DNA from: an uncultured Candidatus Entotheonella sp.
GTDB taxonomy: Bacteria > Tectomicrobia > Entotheonellia > Entotheonellales > Entotheonellaceae
DNA length: 64,000 nt
NCBI GenBank assembly: GCA_965215335.1
Contig: CBDCDA010000001.1
Span: forward strand, 1,728,001 to 1,792,000
Direction of reading: 5' to 3'
Positions 62,843-64,000 of the stretch are shown one piece after another (positions within the stretch are counted from its first letter, which is position 1; the number at the start of each line of letters is the position of its first letter). The notes below the pieces were generated by a model. It saw nothing but the letters and a program-made list of their open reading frames with translations, searched no databases and was not told the origin of the DNA. Both the position numbers and the translations under genes were made by a program.

Positions 62843-64000
62843 TCACCGACGGGCCAGCATCCGGACGCCGATCAACGACTCCACCGTGCCCGTCGCCAAC
62901 ACCTCAAGGAATGCCTTGCCCGACGAGCACACCTTGACGTGACTAACCAAATCCGCGGGCAGCGTGCCGAGCGACGCGCCGGTGTCGCCGCCGCCGACCA
63001 GAACGTGGGCGTTTCTCGCCTGCGCCGCATAGGCGGCGTAGCGCAGAATTTCCCCGTTGCCGCGCGCAAAACACGGCCATTCGTAACGGCCCATGGGACC
63101 ATTCATGACCAGCGTGTTGGCCTGCGCGACGTCGCACGTGTACTGCGCGATCGTCCGCAGACCGATGTCGCCGATGTGGCGCGGGTCGCGCGGGTCGACC
63201 CGGTCTGCCGGCAATTCGTCTCGCCGTGCTGCTGATCCCTGCTGCGGCCCCAGGGCAACGTCGACCGGCACCCTGATCCTGTCGTCGCCAAAGCGATCCA
63301 TCAAGGCGCGGGCCTTCGCGAGGGTCCGCGGCAGGTCACGGGTGGCGGCGGCAATGTTCGTCTCCGTCTGCCCGTTGAGCTGAATCCCTTGCGCCTGCAA
63401 GAGCACCAAGCCAACGAGTCCGCCGGTGATGACCGTGTCCGCCTTTCCCTGCTCCAGGAAGTACCGCATGCTGCTGAGCGAGTCATCGACCTTGGCGCCA
63501 CCGACGATCAGCAGCATGGGCGCCTTGGGCGATTCCAGGGCTTGCGACAATTGTTTGATCTCACGCATCACGACCGGTCCGGCGTAGAGCGGACCCAGGG
63601 CCGCCAGACCCACGACCGAGGCCTGGGCGCGATGCCCGACCGAGAAGCCGTCCAGCGCCACGACGCGGTTGTCCACCTCGGCCAGCATGCGAATCAGCCG
63701 GGTATCGGCGAAAGCCGCCGGCTCGTCCCCCTGCACGTGGGATTCCGCCTCGCTGAAGCGCACGTTTTCGAGCAGCAGCACGGTGCGTTCCGGCAGGCTG
63801 CGAATGCACGCCAAGACAGCGTCAGACGCCACCGCCGCTTCACCCATTTGTCCGATGGTTTCGCTGTCGGACCCTTCCCACACGTAGGCCGTCTCGATTC
63901 CTTGCGGGCGCAGCTTGTCTCGGCAGTGGACAAAGTGTGGCAGCAGCGTCGTACAATCGTCCCTTCCCGGACGGCCTTGGTGCGCCAGCAGCACGATATT
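62843..64000 (-). CDS. pgk: Phosphoglycerate kinase, archaeal-like and divergent (5' end outside window)
   Basis: AHQGRPG, LLENVRF, HR.QAS, GGAKV.D, DIG, NGPMG.YE, GGGDT. Confidence 0.85.
   Translation of the reverse strand, partial: NIVLLAHQGRPGRDDCTTLLPHFVHCRDKLRPQGIETAYVWEGSDSETIGQMGEAAVASDAVLACIRSLPERTVLLLENVRFSEAESHVQGDEPAAFADTRLIRMLAEVDNRVVALDGFSVGHRAQASVVGLAALGPLYAGPVVMREIKQLSQALESPKAPMLLIVGGAKVDDSLSSMRYFLEQGKADTVITGGLVGLVLLQAQGIQLNGQTETNIAAATRDLPRTLAKARALMDRFGDDRIRVPVDVALGPQQGSAARRDELPADRVDPRDPRHIGDIGLRTIAQYTCDVAQANTLVMNGPMGRYEWPCFARGNGEILRYAAYAAQARNAHVLVGGGDTGASLGTLPADLVSHVKVCSSGKAFLEVLATGTVESLIGVRMLARR

Overview
GC-rich chromosomal window from a diderm bacterium. The gene content and style suggest a Tectomicrobia-like or other marine/sponge-associated lineage, but that is inference only. 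Most of the window is housekeeping: tyrS, leuS, argS, aspS, etfBA, thiL, proXWV, hemL, mtnP, trpDCF-leuB, ribD-ribBA-ribH-nusB, ppdK, lysC-hom, era-recO, coaD, rlmN and four tRNAs. Five features stand out. (1) An in-frame UGA read-through UGSC selenoprotein sits in an uncharacterised three-gene operon at 6.5-8.5 kb. (2) An accessory surface-display block at 23.4-28.3 kb next to tRNA-fMet holds a DUF1554-like secreted protein, a lipoprotein with a heptad tandem-repeat stalk and TbpB-like barrel, and its Slam/type XI secretion translocon. (3) In the same block is a 54-aa secreted (NPC)5 Cys-repeat peptide, missing from the ORF track, with its own promoter and terminator. (4) There is a full-length archaeal-type FAU-1 homologue and an archaeal-type PGK. 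(5) Several enzymes lack canonical catalytic residues (Ldh_2, CinA/PncC, Asd-like, LarC1-only). No integrase, transposase, rRNA or CRISPR array was seen. All family assignments come from motif recognition by eye; no database searches were run.
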